From positions 1-64,000 of the forward strand of contig CAVPBK010000007.1 of NCBI GenBank assembly GCA_963701855.1: 64,000 nt of DNA, written 5' to 3'. The notes beneath the pieces were generated by a model. That model made no database searches, was not told the DNA's origin, and saw only the letters and a list, made by a program, of their open reading frames with translations. Positions 29,606 to 39,285 of the stretch are shown in pieces (the first letter of the stretch is position 1; each line of letters starts with the position of its first letter). The stretch is from Nitrospirota bacterium. Its GTDB lineage: Bacteria > Nitrospirota > Nitrospiria > Nitrospirales > Nitrospiraceae. The position numbers and the translations under genes are program-made.

Positions 29606-29866
29606 TTATTTCTTCTGTGGGAGAACATCATTTCTATTCATATTCTTGGCTCTTTCAATCACGCACTCACTGTTCTCGCAAACCTTCGCTTTTGCTTGCT
29701 GCCTCTCCGCACAAGAACGCGTATCCTCTTGGCTAATGGCATTATCGAGGCATTGTTTCAGCTGTGCCTGAGCTGCCTTGATACAGTCTTCGCAAGGGTT
29801 TTGTGCATAGACTGGAGTGCCAAAAAATAGTAATAAGACCAACGCGAATACGAGCGTGACGTTCAT
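29606..29866 (-). CDS. Small secreted Cys-rich protein
   Basis: GGAGG RBS, signal peptide ending VYA, six Cys. Confidence 0.65.
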   Translation of the reverse strand: MNVTLVFALVLLLFFGTPVYAQNPCEDCIKAAQAQLKQCLDNAISQEDTRSCAERQQAKAKVCENSECVIERAKNMNRNDVLPQKK

Positions 29867-29939
29867 AGCAGTGCCTCCCGCGAGAGATGCTGAGGAAAAA
29901 TTCACCGCATGCTGATGATTCATGGCGGCTCTCCGCATA

Positions 29940-30443
29940 TCAGCCACGATCAACCAACTTGATGGCAGCTTGAATTTCGGCGAGGGCGCTCAATTCTTGT
30001 GTCATGTCTCGGCCGTGAGATTGTGCGAGATCTCGGGCACAGAACTGTAGTAGGGGGATCAGAATGCGGCACTCACTCCGCAGATGCTGATCGAAGGTGA
30101 ATCGCCGCAGATTGGGCTCAACCATCTGACGGGCTTCGTGTTCATACCGGGGATCGGCATGATCGAGCCGGCGGAGCGTCTCCACTTCCTGCTCCAACGC
30201 GGCCTCCAGTTTTTTGATCAGCGCCAGAAGGAAGTCCAATCGAAAGCGGCCGTCAATCCATTGAGTGGCGATGTGCGCATCGAGAGACGAATCAGGCACG
30301 GCAGCCCTGCGGATCGTGCCGCCTGTGGCACGATTCCGTTTCAACCACTCACGTGCGACCCGCAACACATAATAGCTTACAGCGCTGGCGGCGACAGTAC
30401 CCAACAACAGAAAGAGAATGGAGGTCATGTCCAGATCTAACAT
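29940..30443 (-). CDS. Hypothetical membrane-anchored protein
   Basis: N-terminal TM helix; helical body. Confidence 0.55.
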   Translation of the reverse strand: MLDLDMTSILFLLLGTVAASAVSYYVLRVAREWLKRNRATGGTIRRAAVPDSSLDAHIATQWIDGRFRLDFLLALIKKLEAALEQEVETLRRLDHADPRYEHEARQMVEPNLRRFTFDQHLRSECRILIPLLQFCARDLAQSHGRDMTQELSALAEIQAAIKLVDRG

Positions 30444-30489
30444 AATGGTTGTCTCGTGACTGCGGCAGTGCGCTCATGAGTGTATTCGG

Positions 30490-31023
30490 TTAAATTCCTG
30501 CGAACAGAACAATTTCGACACGTCGATTCATTTGCCGCCCTTCTTCAGTCTCATTGGTCGCGATTGGCCGGATGTCCCCAAACCATTCAATGATAAAGCT
30601 CTGCGAATCCATTCCGTCCCCCTTCAGCACACCTACCGTTTGAGTCGCACGGGCTTTGCATAAGGCCAACCTCTCGAAATACTGGTTGGATCCATCAGAG
30701 GCCGAGGCCTTGTCGGCGTGCCCAACCACTCGGATTTCCTTGAGTGAAGCTGACTTAAAGAGTACTCCCATCTGCCTCAACACATCGATAGCATCCGGCT
30801 TGATCTCATGACTCCCGGCATCGAAGAGCAGACGTTCAGCAATCATGACGGTGAGATGATCGCTGGTCCGTTGCATCCTGACGTCACCATCGCGCAATGC
30901 TGTTTGAAGCACCCGCTCCAACTCATTCTGCATCAGTCTCAGCCGTTGCTCGGCACTGTCTGCACAACCGATCACCAAAGTCAGGCTCATCAGAACACTA
31001 GCAAGGAACAACACGGTCTTCAC
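30490..31023 (-). CDS. OmpA/MotB C-terminal domain lipoprotein
   Basis: Lipobox VIGC; LLFDAGS, VVGHAD, RPIATNETEEGRQMNRRVEI. Confidence 0.88.
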   Translation of the reverse strand: MKTVLFLASVLMSLTLVIGCADSAEQRLRLMQNELERVLQTALRDGDVRMQRTSDHLTVMIAERLLFDAGSHEIKPDAIDVLRQMGVLFKSASLKEIRVVGHADKASASDGSNQYFERLALCKARATQTVGVLKGDGMDSQSFIIEWFGDIRPIATNETEEGRQMNRRVEIVLFAGI

Positions 31024-31175
31024 AGTCTTCCTCTCCCGCTTTCTCACACGTGTCACCGAACCGATCATGCGTCGACACATCCATGACAAGATCCGGACAT
31101 ATCTCGCTACAATGCCCTGCACATGAAGACTGCTCCCTGATGGGAATCGCAGCCGGGGAGACGATCGTTTCCTTA

Positions 31176-31403
31176 CTACACTCTCCTGGCTCCACTGATC
31201 AGCAGTACAATGCCTCCGACCAGTGCTAATCCCCCGACAAGGGGCGTCAGCGGAATCGTCTGCTTTGTGTCGACCGTGGCTTGGAGAGGGCCGAGATCGA
31301 TCACCTTTTCGCGGGTCGTATAGGTGATGCCTTGGTAGGTGAACGCCATGACACCGAGCACGATGAGTGCGATGCAGAGAATTGTTGCTGCTTTCATGAT
31401 CAT
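31176..31403 (-). CDS. Small two-TM membrane protein (DUF3185-like)
   Basis: LIVLGV...GITYTTREKVIDLGPLQ...IPLTPLVGGLALVGGIVLL; AAGGA RBS. Confidence 0.7.
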   Translation of the reverse strand: MIMKAATILCIALIVLGVMAFTYQGITYTTREKVIDLGPLQATVDTKQTIPLTPLVGGLALVGGIVLLISGARRV

Positions 31404-31614
31404 GTCCTTTCGCGTGAGGCTACACAGCCAGCCTCTTTCGCGCGGCGCCAGTTCCTTACCATCGAAGAGGGGCGCCACGTGAGAGTTCGAAAAGTCGTTA
31501 TCAGTCACTCAGCATGCCGGCTGGCCGAGGCGACAGGTCAGAGCTAGGATGACCAGAAGAAGAGGGTTAATTCAGCTCCCACTTTGGCAATATCCCTGAC
31601 GTTGCACTTCGCCG

Positions 31615-31935
31615 TCAGACCGTCTTCTCGCCAGACAACCGTTCACGCTCCCGTGACATAGCAGCACGCCCAGCATCGACCGCCTCGGTGAGGACGGACT
31701 TTTTCTCCTGGACGAACTCGCGTCCCCTATCCACCGCCTGGTCCATGAAATCGGTGGTTTTACCGGCCAGCTCATGGACATTTTCTTCGGCCCGCCGCGC
31801 ATACCCGCGCACCTGCTCCCGTGATTCACGACCAGACTGCGGCGCCAGCAACAGTGCCATCGCTGCCCCCACTAATCCTCCGCCCACAAACGCTAATCCC
31901 ACCGCTCCTAATGAACACCCGCTGTCATCTGCCAT
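31615..31935 (-). CDS. YtxH domain protein
   Basis: GGLVGAAMALLLAPQSGRESR. Confidence 0.9.
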   Translation of the reverse strand: MADDSGCSLGAVGLAFVGGGLVGAAMALLLAPQSGRESREQVRGYARRAEENVHELAGKTTDFMDQAVDRGREFVQEKKSVLTEAVDAGRAAMSRERERLSGEKTV

Positions 31936-32329
31936 TGTTCGTCCCTCCTTCTCGATGAATATGTGCCTTGACTACGCCCGTCGTAGCCTTGAAACCTGCC
32001 ACTATGCTGACCAGGTTGACCAGGAACGATCGGCTCGTGCCCTGTACCGTCTCATGGACCCGTTGCACAGTGTCGCCCAATGCCCCTGCCGCATGCAGCA
32101 GCACCGCCGCATGCTCGACCCCACCACGCGCATGCTCGACGAGCATATTCAGGTTCTCCGTCGTCGTCCGCATCTCTTTGAGCAACAACGGCAGCTCGGC
32201 GTTCATACGGGCCAAGAGGTATTCCGATTCCGCCACCGGTTTCCTGAGTTGTATCAACAGTGGAACCAGTAAGCCGACCATCACCGCCAACGCTCCTGCC
32301 CCCACACAGAGGGCGATCTCGACAAGCAT
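31925..32329 (-). CDS. DUF948 (YoxC-like) protein
   Basis: TM followed by coiled coil (LIQLRK...ELPLLLKE); directly upstream of YtxH, as is typical. Confidence 0.75.
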   Translation of the reverse strand: MLVEIALCVGAGALAVMVGLLVPLLIQLRKPVAESEYLLARMNAELPLLLKEMRTTTENLNMLVEHARGGVEHAAVLLHAAGALGDTVQRVHETVQGTSRSFLVNLVSIVAGFKATTGVVKAHIHREGGTNNGR

Positions 32330-32387
32330 ACAAACTCCTCCTCCGCTATCAGACTCCCGCTAGACCAGCAGGTCTTCCACATGCGTC

Positions 32388-32471
32388 TTATCGAAGGACA
32401 CCGAAGGCCCAGAGGACGACGATTAACGTGACCGGCACGCCCAGCAGCCAGAGAATGAACCCTTTTCCCAT
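32388..32471 (-). CDS. 27-aa membrane peptide (absent from ORF track)
   Basis: MGKGFILWLLGVPVTLIVVLWAFGVLR with AAAGGAGAGG RBS, inside a co-oriented gene run. Confidence 0.75.
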   Translation of the reverse strand: MGKGFILWLLGVPVTLIVVLWAFGVLR

Positions 32472-32522
32472 GATGGCCTCTCCTTTCCTACCCCGCTAAC
32501 GACCAGGATTTTGAGCATGCGC

Positions 32523-33134
32523 TTACGCGCCCAGTTCTTTGAGGAGGCTGGCCAGATCCTCTGCATGCTCTTCTTCTTGCGCAAGAATCCCCTCCAAAAC
32601 TTTACGCGTCGTGGGATCATCCGGGCCGACATAGGCGACCATTTCGCGATAGCTGTCGATTGCGATCCGTTCGGCAATCAGGTCTTCCGTGATCATCTCC
32701 ACCAAGGACCCGCCTTCGACATATTCCGAGTGGCTCCGGCTCAGCAGCCCTTCCGGGGACAGATTCGGCTCCCCCCCGAGTTGGACAATGCGTTCGGCCA
32801 ATTGATCGGCATGGAGTTGTTCCTCTGTGGCGTGCTGGAGAAACTCGCCCTTCACGCTGAGAGAACTGATTCCGGTGGCCATGAAATAATGGCGCTTATA
32901 GCGCAGGACGCACACGATTTCTGTGGCGAGGGCTTCATTGAGCAGCGTGATGACCGTCTCCGCTTTGGCCTTGTACCCTGCGGTCATGGCGCCGTCTTCA
33001 ATCCCTTGGCGTGCCCGAGCCCGGAGCGTCTTCACATCGGTCAGACCGATGGCTTCTTTTATGATTTCTTCCTTTCGGGGGGTGCGTGGCGCCGTTGTTC
33101 CAGGTTGCCCCGTTATCGCTGCGGCTGCTTTCAT
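32523..33134 (-). CDS. Ferritin-like / bacterioferritin-family protein
   Basis: LNEALATEIVCVLRYKRH, EEQLHADQLAERIVQLGG, EDLIAERIAI, EEEHAEDL. Confidence 0.88.
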   Translation of the reverse strand: MKAAAAITGQPGTTAPRTPRKEEIIKEAIGLTDVKTLRARARQGIEDGAMTAGYKAKAETVITLLNEALATEIVCVLRYKRHYFMATGISSLSVKGEFLQHATEEQLHADQLAERIVQLGGEPNLSPEGLLSRSHSEYVEGGSLVEMITEDLIAERIAIDSYREMVAYVGPDDPTTRKVLEGILAQEEEHAEDLASLLKELGA

Positions 33135-33208
33135 GATGTCCTCCTTTCGGGGCGTACCCCGGTTGTTATGCTGCCGATCACAAGTTGCCCAAGGCGATCC
33201 GGTCATCC

Positions 33209-33844
33209 TCAGGCGGCTTTCACCAACGCCGGCTCGCCGAGCTGCAGCCGCTTCTCCACGGCCTTCCAATCGATGTTGGTGAAGAACGCCTCGATGTAGG
33301 CCGCGCGCTCTGCAGGCTTGTAATCGAGGAGATACGCGTGTTCCCACACGTCCATGACGAGGAGCGGAATGAACCCCGCCACATGCCCATGTTCATGCAG
33401 ACTGATCCAATGGTTGGAAAGACGGCGGCTCGCTGGGTTTAGGGAGCACACAGCCCAACCCACGCCGCGCATTTTCCCCACGCTGGAAAAATCCAATTTC
33501 CACATGTCATAGCTGCCGAAACTGTCTTCGGCCGCTTTCACAAATGCCGAGCCTCGATCGGGCTTGGTGGTTCCGCCTTTCTGCACATTCTCAAAGTAAT
33601 ATTCGTGCAAGACCATCCCGTTATATTCAAACCCTAAACGTCGTGTCAGTTCCGAATAGGCCGGCATTTCCTCATGATCAATCCGTCCATCTTTGAGCAT
33701 CTCGCCAATCTGGGTCGTGAGCTGGTTCGTGGCCTGCACGTATCCCTCATAGAGCTTGAGATGCATCTCGAGCGTGCGGTCGGAAATCCCGACTAGCCCG
33801 TGTAAGTCGAACGGCTTGACGTCGTAGAGATTGTTCAATTTCAT
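33209..33844 (-). CDS. Fe/Mn superoxide dismutase family protein
   Basis: HLKLYEGYV, LHEYYF, MDVWEHAY. Confidence 0.9.
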   Translation of the reverse strand: MKLNNLYDVKPFDLHGLVGISDRTLEMHLKLYEGYVQATNQLTTQIGEMLKDGRIDHEEMPAYSELTRRLGFEYNGMVLHEYYFENVQKGGTTKPDRGSAFVKAAEDSFGSYDMWKLDFSSVGKMRGVGWAVCSLNPASRRLSNHWISLHEHGHVAGFIPLLVMDVWEHAYLLDYKPAERAAYIEAFFTNIDWKAVEKRLQLGEPALVKAA

Positions 33845-33948
33845 ATCCTGCCCCCTGTGTTCCTTTGATTGTTCAACTGATCACCGCCATGGCTGTCTGT
33901 GCGTCTCTCTGTGGCCAGAATTCTTCAACGTCGTCTCCCTTATGACAG

Positions 33949-35382
33949 TTAGAGCACGCGTAGAAAGGCGACCAGGTCCTGTTTCTCCTCCGTCGTCAAC
34001 TGGGTCCCTAACACGAGGTTGAAGAACTCCACAGTATCCTCTAACGTCAGCAACCGCCCATCGTGCAAGTAAGGAGGCGAATCCTTGATGCCCCGCAAAG
34101 GAAACGTCTTGATGGGGCCATCCGCGCTCGCCATGCGTCCATTGATCATCCGCGGCGTGTAAAAGCGTTCTACTTTCAGATTGTGCATGGAATTGTCCGT
34201 GTAATACGGCGGCTGATGGCACTCGGCGCAGGCCGCTTTGCCGAAGAAGAGGATCTGTCCGCGCTTCTCCGATGCGGTGGCTTTTTGAGGATTCACCTTG
34301 CCGTCAATGCCCAGTTTGGGTGCCGGCGGAAAATCCAGGAGTTCCTGAAACTCCGCCATGAAATGCACCTGGCTCCCTCGTTCGAGTATGTTGGCCCCTT
34401 TCTTAGTCCCGATCACATGATCGCCATCAAAATACGCGCCGCGTTGCTCAAACTCCGTGAAATCCTCCACGCTCTTGAGTGCCCGCTGCGAGCCGAAGAG
34501 TCGCTGGATGTTGAGACCGCGTAACGTGGGAGTATCGATTCGATGACGGAACTCCTGTGGGCGGACGTCTCCGGCCAGGTGGGTACTGGCGTTCGTGTGG
34601 CCGTTCGCATGACACTCGAAGCAGGTGACGCCGCGGCTGGGACGCATGGTGCGGCGATCCTCTGTCTGATTGAACTGTTGCTGCGGGAATGGCGTGACGA
34701 GCAGCCGCAAGCCCTCGAGCTGTTTCGGATTCAAAATCCCGTTGAAGAATTCGTAATAGTTGTCGATGGTCACCAATTTGCCCTGGGACAGGTCGCCGAG
34801 ATCGGGCCGTGTCGTGAGATAGAGGGCGGGCGGAAACTCCGGTAAAAAATGGGTCGGTATGTCAAAATCCAGATCGAAGCGCGTGAGATCACGGCCCTCC
34901 TGCTTCTGAATCTCCTCGATCTGGAACGTAGGGAACACCATCCCACCTTCAGGATGGTTGGGATGCGGAAGCGGAAAGAATCCAGCCGGAAATGAATCCC
35001 TCTCCCGGATCTCTTCGGGGCTCATGGCCTGGAGTTGTTCCCAGGTCAATCCCTTCGGTAGTGTGACTCGTATCCCTTCCTGAATAGGCTTACCGCGGGA
35101 CATCGAGACACCTTTGGCTGGGCGGTTTGCGAGGTCGTACCGCTCCTTGAGCAAATCCATCTGCCGTTTCATGACCTCAGGCTTTGCGGCGTTCATGCGA
35201 GCGATGACGTCGGCCATGTCCTCCTTGAGATCAACGGGTGCATAGCTCGTCCCCTTCTGGGGTACGGCTTGTGCGTTCGTGGTCTTCTCTGTGGCCTTGC
35301 CCGACGCGGTCACCGGGGCCGCGGTGAGCATGGCTCCGACAACCAGTGTGGTGCAGAGTGTGATCAAATTGTGTGTCTTCAC
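33949..35382 (-). CDS. Di-heme cytochrome c (cytochrome c peroxidase/MauG-like superfamily)
   Basis: Signal peptide; CFECH and CAECH; DTPTLRG, KTFPLRGI, PPYLHDG. Confidence 0.85.
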   Translation of the reverse strand: MKTHNLITLCTTLVVGAMLTAAPVTASGKATEKTTNAQAVPQKGTSYAPVDLKEDMADVIARMNAAKPEVMKRQMDLLKERYDLANRPAKGVSMSRGKPIQEGIRVTLPKGLTWEQLQAMSPEEIRERDSFPAGFFPLPHPNHPEGGMVFPTFQIEEIQKQEGRDLTRFDLDFDIPTHFLPEFPPALYLTTRPDLGDLSQGKLVTIDNYYEFFNGILNPKQLEGLRLLVTPFPQQQFNQTEDRRTMRPSRGVTCFECHANGHTNASTHLAGDVRPQEFRHRIDTPTLRGLNIQRLFGSQRALKSVEDFTEFEQRGAYFDGDHVIGTKKGANILERGSQVHFMAEFQELLDFPPAPKLGIDGKVNPQKATASEKRGQILFFGKAACAECHQPPYYTDNSMHNLKVERFYTPRMINGRMASADGPIKTFPLRGIKDSPPYLHDGRLLTLEDTVEFFNLVLGTQLTTEEKQDLVAFLRVL

Positions 35383-35457
35383 GATTACCCTTCTCGTCCG
35401 TGTACAGCCTTAAATATGTGCGTCTAGGGCCAAGCTAACAATTCCATCGTGTGTAGT

Positions 35458-35475
35458 CTGGTCACAATTGCTCAG
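35458..35475 (-). promoter_or_regulatory. 18-bp regulon box upstream of the cytochrome c/SOD/ferritin run
   Basis: CTGAGCAATTGTGACCAG on the minus strand; TAGCTT 20 nt downstream. Confidence 0.75.
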
Positions 35476-35521
35476 ATGCTGAGAATCTCTTTTCATAATC
35501 CAAGCCGTCTGGTCGATTTGA

Positions 35522-35701
35522 AATAGGCCGGCATTTCCTCATGATCCACTTTGCCGTCCATTGATAGATCAAAAATACGTTCATTCAACTCATTGGTGGC
35601 GATGACATCCCTCTGTCCATGGCCACGGTCCTGTCGGATATCCCTCTCGGGCTATTCAAATTAAACACGTGGGGCTTATTCATTTCGAGGGCCTTGATCA
35701 T
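35522..35701 (-). pseudogene. 5' remnant of a second SOD copy
   Basis: FNLNSPRGISDRTVAM resembles FDLHGLVGISDRTLEM; AATAGGCCGGCATTTCCTCATGATC identical to 33655-33679. Confidence 0.65.
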
Positions 35702-35727
35702 GATGTCTCCCTTGTCGAGCCGCTTCG

Positions 35728-36411
35728 CTATTCCTGCACTCGTTGGATTCGATCGCCGGTCGCGGGATGTGTTGCGAAGAAGCCTCCGGCCCCCACACCT
35801 TCGGCCTCCATCAGCCACGTCAGCGTGGCCGCCATGACCCGTTTGCCATTGCGTCCGGTACGCTGGAGGATGTCGGCGCTATGGCGATCGGCCGCGTACT
35901 CCGCGTCACGCTCGTAGGGCCGCGCGATCAGTAGATCACCGGCCATCGGTGCCAGCCCTGCGCCTGGCACACCGAACGCGTTGAGCAGAACAGCGGCAAT
36001 ATTCGTCCCCGTCCCGATGGTCTGCAACCTGGTCACGTGTCCGAGATCCGCATGCGCAACCTCATGCGCGAGCGAGCCCGAGAGCTGCTCATCATTCGCC
36101 TTCATAAGAAGTCCGGTCGTCACATAAAATTCTCCGCCACCTGCATTGGCCGCATTGATGTGGGAATCATCCATCAGCCCGACGCGGATCTGATCCAGCG
36201 GGATCGGGTGGTTCATCTTCTGCAGCAGGGGGGTCATCACCGTTTTCAGCCGCTCGGCTTGTTGCAGATCTAATTGTCGCCCCTCGGGCGCTGACTGCCG
36301 GTCGGCGGTCGCCGCCTGAGAGCTGTCCATCGCCCACCCTGCCAGCGCAAGGGCCAGGCCAAGGGCAGGAGCAGTGGGGCGCCATGAGATGGAGGGTTGG
36401 TTCAGAGGCAT
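35728..36411 (-). CDS. M48 family zinc metallopeptidase
   Basis: INAANAGGG, LAHEVAH, EYAAD, FATHPATGDRI. Confidence 0.9.
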   Translation of the reverse strand: MPLNQPSISWRPTAPALGLALALAGWAMDSSQAATADRQSAPEGRQLDLQQAERLKTVMTPLLQKMNHPIPLDQIRVGLMDDSHINAANAGGGEFYVTTGLLMKANDEQLSGSLAHEVAHADLGHVTRLQTIGTGTNIAAVLLNAFGVPGAGLAPMAGDLLIARPYERDAEYAADRHSADILQRTGRNGKRVMAATLTWLMEAEGVGAGGFFATHPATGDRIQRVQE

Positions 36412-36432
36412 GGATGTGCGTTTCCGTATGCT

Positions 36433-37008
36433 TTAGGCCTTCTCCTTCACTGTGAGATCGTTCTTCACGGATTTCACACCGGGGACTTGGCGGGTCGTCC
36501 AGGACGCCTGGGCACTGGTCGCGATGTCCGGCACCTCACCGGTCAGCGAGACGACCCCTGCATTGGTATGAACGTTAATATCGGCGTCCTTGAGACGCGA
36601 GTCCTTTATCAGAGTCGAATCCTTGGCGATATACTCTTTGACCCGTGCAGTAATAGCCTCATCCTTCTCCTCTTCCGCCTCGCGTGCTGAAGGAGGGACC
36701 ACCTCTAGGTCATTCTTCACCGTCTTGACGCCATCGAGCCCCGCGGTGATCCCCTCTGCCGCACGCTTCGCCGTATTGGAATCGACCTTCCCTCGGAGCA
36801 GCACCCGTCCCTCTGTAGTCTCGACTTCGATCTGTCTCCCTTTGACCCGGGAATCGGCAGCGAGGGCGATCTTGGTTTTCGCCGTCAGCCACGAGTCGTT
36901 AACCAGCGTCTTTTCTTTGGATATGTCAACGGCGATGGCCGGCACTGTGATGAGTGCCGCCCCGATAACCACAGCGGCGCAGAGCGTGATCAAATAGTGT
37001 CTCTCCAT
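36433..37008 (-). CDS. Dual BON-domain protein (paralog 2)
   Basis: Homologous to 28215-28772. Confidence 0.9.
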   Translation of the reverse strand: MERHYLITLCAAVVIGAALITVPAIAVDISKEKTLVNDSWLTAKTKIALAADSRVKGRQIEVETTEGRVLLRGKVDSNTAKRAAEGITAGLDGVKTVKNDLEVVPPSAREAEEEKDEAITARVKEYIAKDSTLIKDSRLKDADINVHTNAGVVSLTGEVPDIATSAQASWTTRQVPGVKSVKNDLTVKEKA

Positions 37009-37334
37009 TATATTCTCCTTAAGTGAAATGTGACCGTATTGGCAAACAATATTTTCTTGATGACTTCCCCTCTGCGCGTCATTTCATTCGTGGCTTCCGG
37101 TTGGGACCGCTGCTGCCGCTCGTCCGCCCATTTCATGAGTTCGTCCTTTTTCTCGCCATATCGCTCCCGGACCAAGCTGACACAGTTACCACCGTAACGT
37201 TCCTGAAGTAGGCCGATAATCTTGTCGTAGCTCCCTTCGGTTTGTTGCAAGTCATTATCCATAAACTTGCCCCATTGCTGTTTCCGTTCGCCTTTGAACT
37301 GCATCCATTTTCCTTTGAGTTGATCCGCGTTCAT
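37008..37334 (-). CDS. csbD: CsbD-family protein (paralog 2; internal duplication, extended C-terminus)
   Basis: MNADQLKGKWMQFKGE; QERYG...RERYG duplication. Confidence 0.85.
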   Translation of the reverse strand: MNADQLKGKWMQFKGERKQQWGKFMDNDLQQTEGSYDKIIGLLQERYGGNCVSLVRERYGEKKDELMKWADERQQRSQPEATNEMTRRGEVIKKILFANTVTFHLRRI

Positions 37335-37443
37335 GGCGTTCTTCTCCTGTGAGATGGCGCTGCCGCACTGTTCGTATCAATCTGGCCTGTCCTCCACAAT
37401 CTCTGCCTGTCCTGATGATTATGGCGAGAAGGACGGCAGCGGT

Positions 37444-37461
37444 CTGGTCAAGATTGCTCAG
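37444..37461 (-). promoter_or_regulatory. 18-bp regulon box plus -10 (CATAAT) for csbD-BON
   Basis: CTGAGCAATCTTGACCAG; CATAAT exactly 20 nt downstream. Confidence 0.8.
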
Positions 37462-37660
37462 GTTGAGAGCACTAATGAGGGATAAGCCCGGGCAGCGCTG
37501 TCGTATCCACCAGCTCTATTTCAACGAAGAGAACTCGGCCAACATTGGGCTTCGGTCGTGGATCTGGTCATTGCCGAGTCACAATTGAGGTCAAGACACC
37601 TCTTCTGGCCTCGTTCACGGACTAGGAACGCGTCACCTAAAAGTTAGAAAATTTTCAGAC

Positions 37661-37678
37661 CTGGTCAAAATTGCTCAG
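37661..37678 (+). promoter_or_regulatory. 18-bp regulon box (flipped orientation)
   Basis: CTGGTCAAAATTGCTCAG 70 nt before ATG 37749. Confidence 0.75.
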
Positions 37679-37748
37679 CCTGCAGGACTTCGAAGAGCAC
37701 ACGGTTAGATGTATACGTGTGTTACATCTAATAACCGAGGAGGTTCCC

Positions 37749-38150
37749 ATGGTAGCTATTTCAAAATTCGTCGGTGTCATCTCTTGCGGTTTCTTGCTGT
37801 GCCTGGGTCTGTCCAATGTCGTGCAAGCAGAGCCTGCGCCCTCAGACGTTATGAAAACCTACTCCGTCACTGATCAGAGAGGTTTTCAATCTGATGATGA
37901 CAAGCAAAAGAACGTGAACGATGAGAAGGGAAGTAACCGTGCAGACGGCGCCAACACGATCAAGGGCGCACTGTTTCGCGTCGAAGACGGGAACTATTTC
38001 GTCAAGGGGAAGGACGGCAAGGAAGTCCGTTTACATACAGATAAGACCACCCAGATGACGGGAGAAATCAAAAAGGGTGATCGTATTGAGGCGCAGGTGA
38101 ACAATCAGAATCACGCGCTGTCGATTCGCTCGGCCCGCGGAACTGAGTAG
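37749..38150 (+). CDS. Secreted small beta-barrel protein
   Basis: Signal peptide; IKGALFRVEDGNYFVKGKDGKEVRLHTDKTT...KKGDRIEAQV; paralog of 43359 and 44292. Confidence 0.75.
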   Translation: MVAISKFVGVISCGFLLCLGLSNVVQAEPAPSDVMKTYSVTDQRGFQSDDDKQKNVNDEKGSNRADGANTIKGALFRVEDGNYFVKGKDGKEVRLHTDKTTQMTGEIKKGDRIEAQVNNQNHALSIRSARGTE

Positions 38151-38276
38151 TAGTGACTGCAGTTGACGCCTGCAGGTCGCTAGGCCTAGGGTCGCGGCCT
38201 GCCGATTGTTCGAGCCACGGATCACACGAAAAGTCCCTCTTCTCGAATTTCAAGACAAGGAATAGGGGAGTACCCA

Positions 38277-38791
38277 TGACCGGTCACACGACTGTGCCTG
38301 ACCGTGTATGGTTGATCGTCTTGGCAGGGAGTAAGGGATATGCCCCCCTCCTTCTCGCCTGCGCATTGTTCGCAGGCGCCTGTGCCAAGCCGGCGGTTTA
38401 TCGAGCGACTCCCACGGATTCCCTTCTTCCATCGATGGTGTGTCAGGTCAGAAACTGCCATGTCCTCGCCGGTGAGTGGGAATATGTTGACGGCGCTGCC
38501 GTTCGGCTGACGCTCGACGAGCAGGGCAATGGCCGCTATGCTTGGAAAGACGGGCGATTCGAGACACGTACGCTCATTGATCATACCTGGCAGGGCAGGT
38601 GGTTTCAGAAGGAGAATGACCGGGAGGGTGGATTTACAGTCGAGCTCTCGCCAGACTTTTCAGAAGGGGAGGGACGTTGGTGGGTGAGCCGCATCGGAGC
38701 CGACCAGACAGCCACGCAAAAGGGCGGGACGTTTCATCTCTCCAAGAAGACCGCTCTTCTGAACCGGAGCCATACTCCTCCGGCACCGTGA
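38277..38791 (+). CDS. Hypothetical lipoprotein-like protein
   Basis: GGGGAG RBS; FAGAC; LAGEWEY, WQGRWFQ beta-rich body. Confidence 0.55.
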
Positions 38792-39016
38792 GAAGCTCCT
38801 CACGCCAATTCATTCGGCTTGTTGAACGTTGAACGTGCTAGTCGGATTTTTCCCAATGGGAGCGGGGATGTGTGAGGCACAGACGTTCCCACTCCCTGCC
38901 GGGAAAGTCTTGGTCAATATGCGGTCGATGGCAGGTTTGAGCGAGTGCCCCTTCACCTCGTCGGGTCGATTCTGCAATGCTGCATCAAACGACGGAAGCA
39001 GACCGAGGATGTCTAG

Positions 39017-39278
39017 CAGGCTGTTGACAAACCCTCTCCTGCTGCGGCCGTGTTTATGATAAGAGGGGTGTCCATCAGGAGGGCACCCCGATGATGGGCA
39101 TATCCGATCCACAGCCGTCGATGTTCTACCACATCAACCTGGAGCAGTTTGTGACCGCCGATCACCCGATGCGGAAGATCCGCCCGTTGATCGATATGGC
39201 GCGACTTCGGCAGCTCTGCGAACCACTGATTCCGAGGTCGGCCGTCCATCGATTCCGCCGGAGCAACTGTTTCTGGCC
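39017..39278 (+). mobile_element. IS5/IS1182-like left-end remnant with transposase 5' fragment
   Basis: IR CAGGCTGTTGACAAA; QPSMFYHINLEQFVTADHPMRKIRPLID, then frameshifted GRPSIPPEQLFL. Confidence 0.8.
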
Positions 39279-39285
39279 CGAGAGT

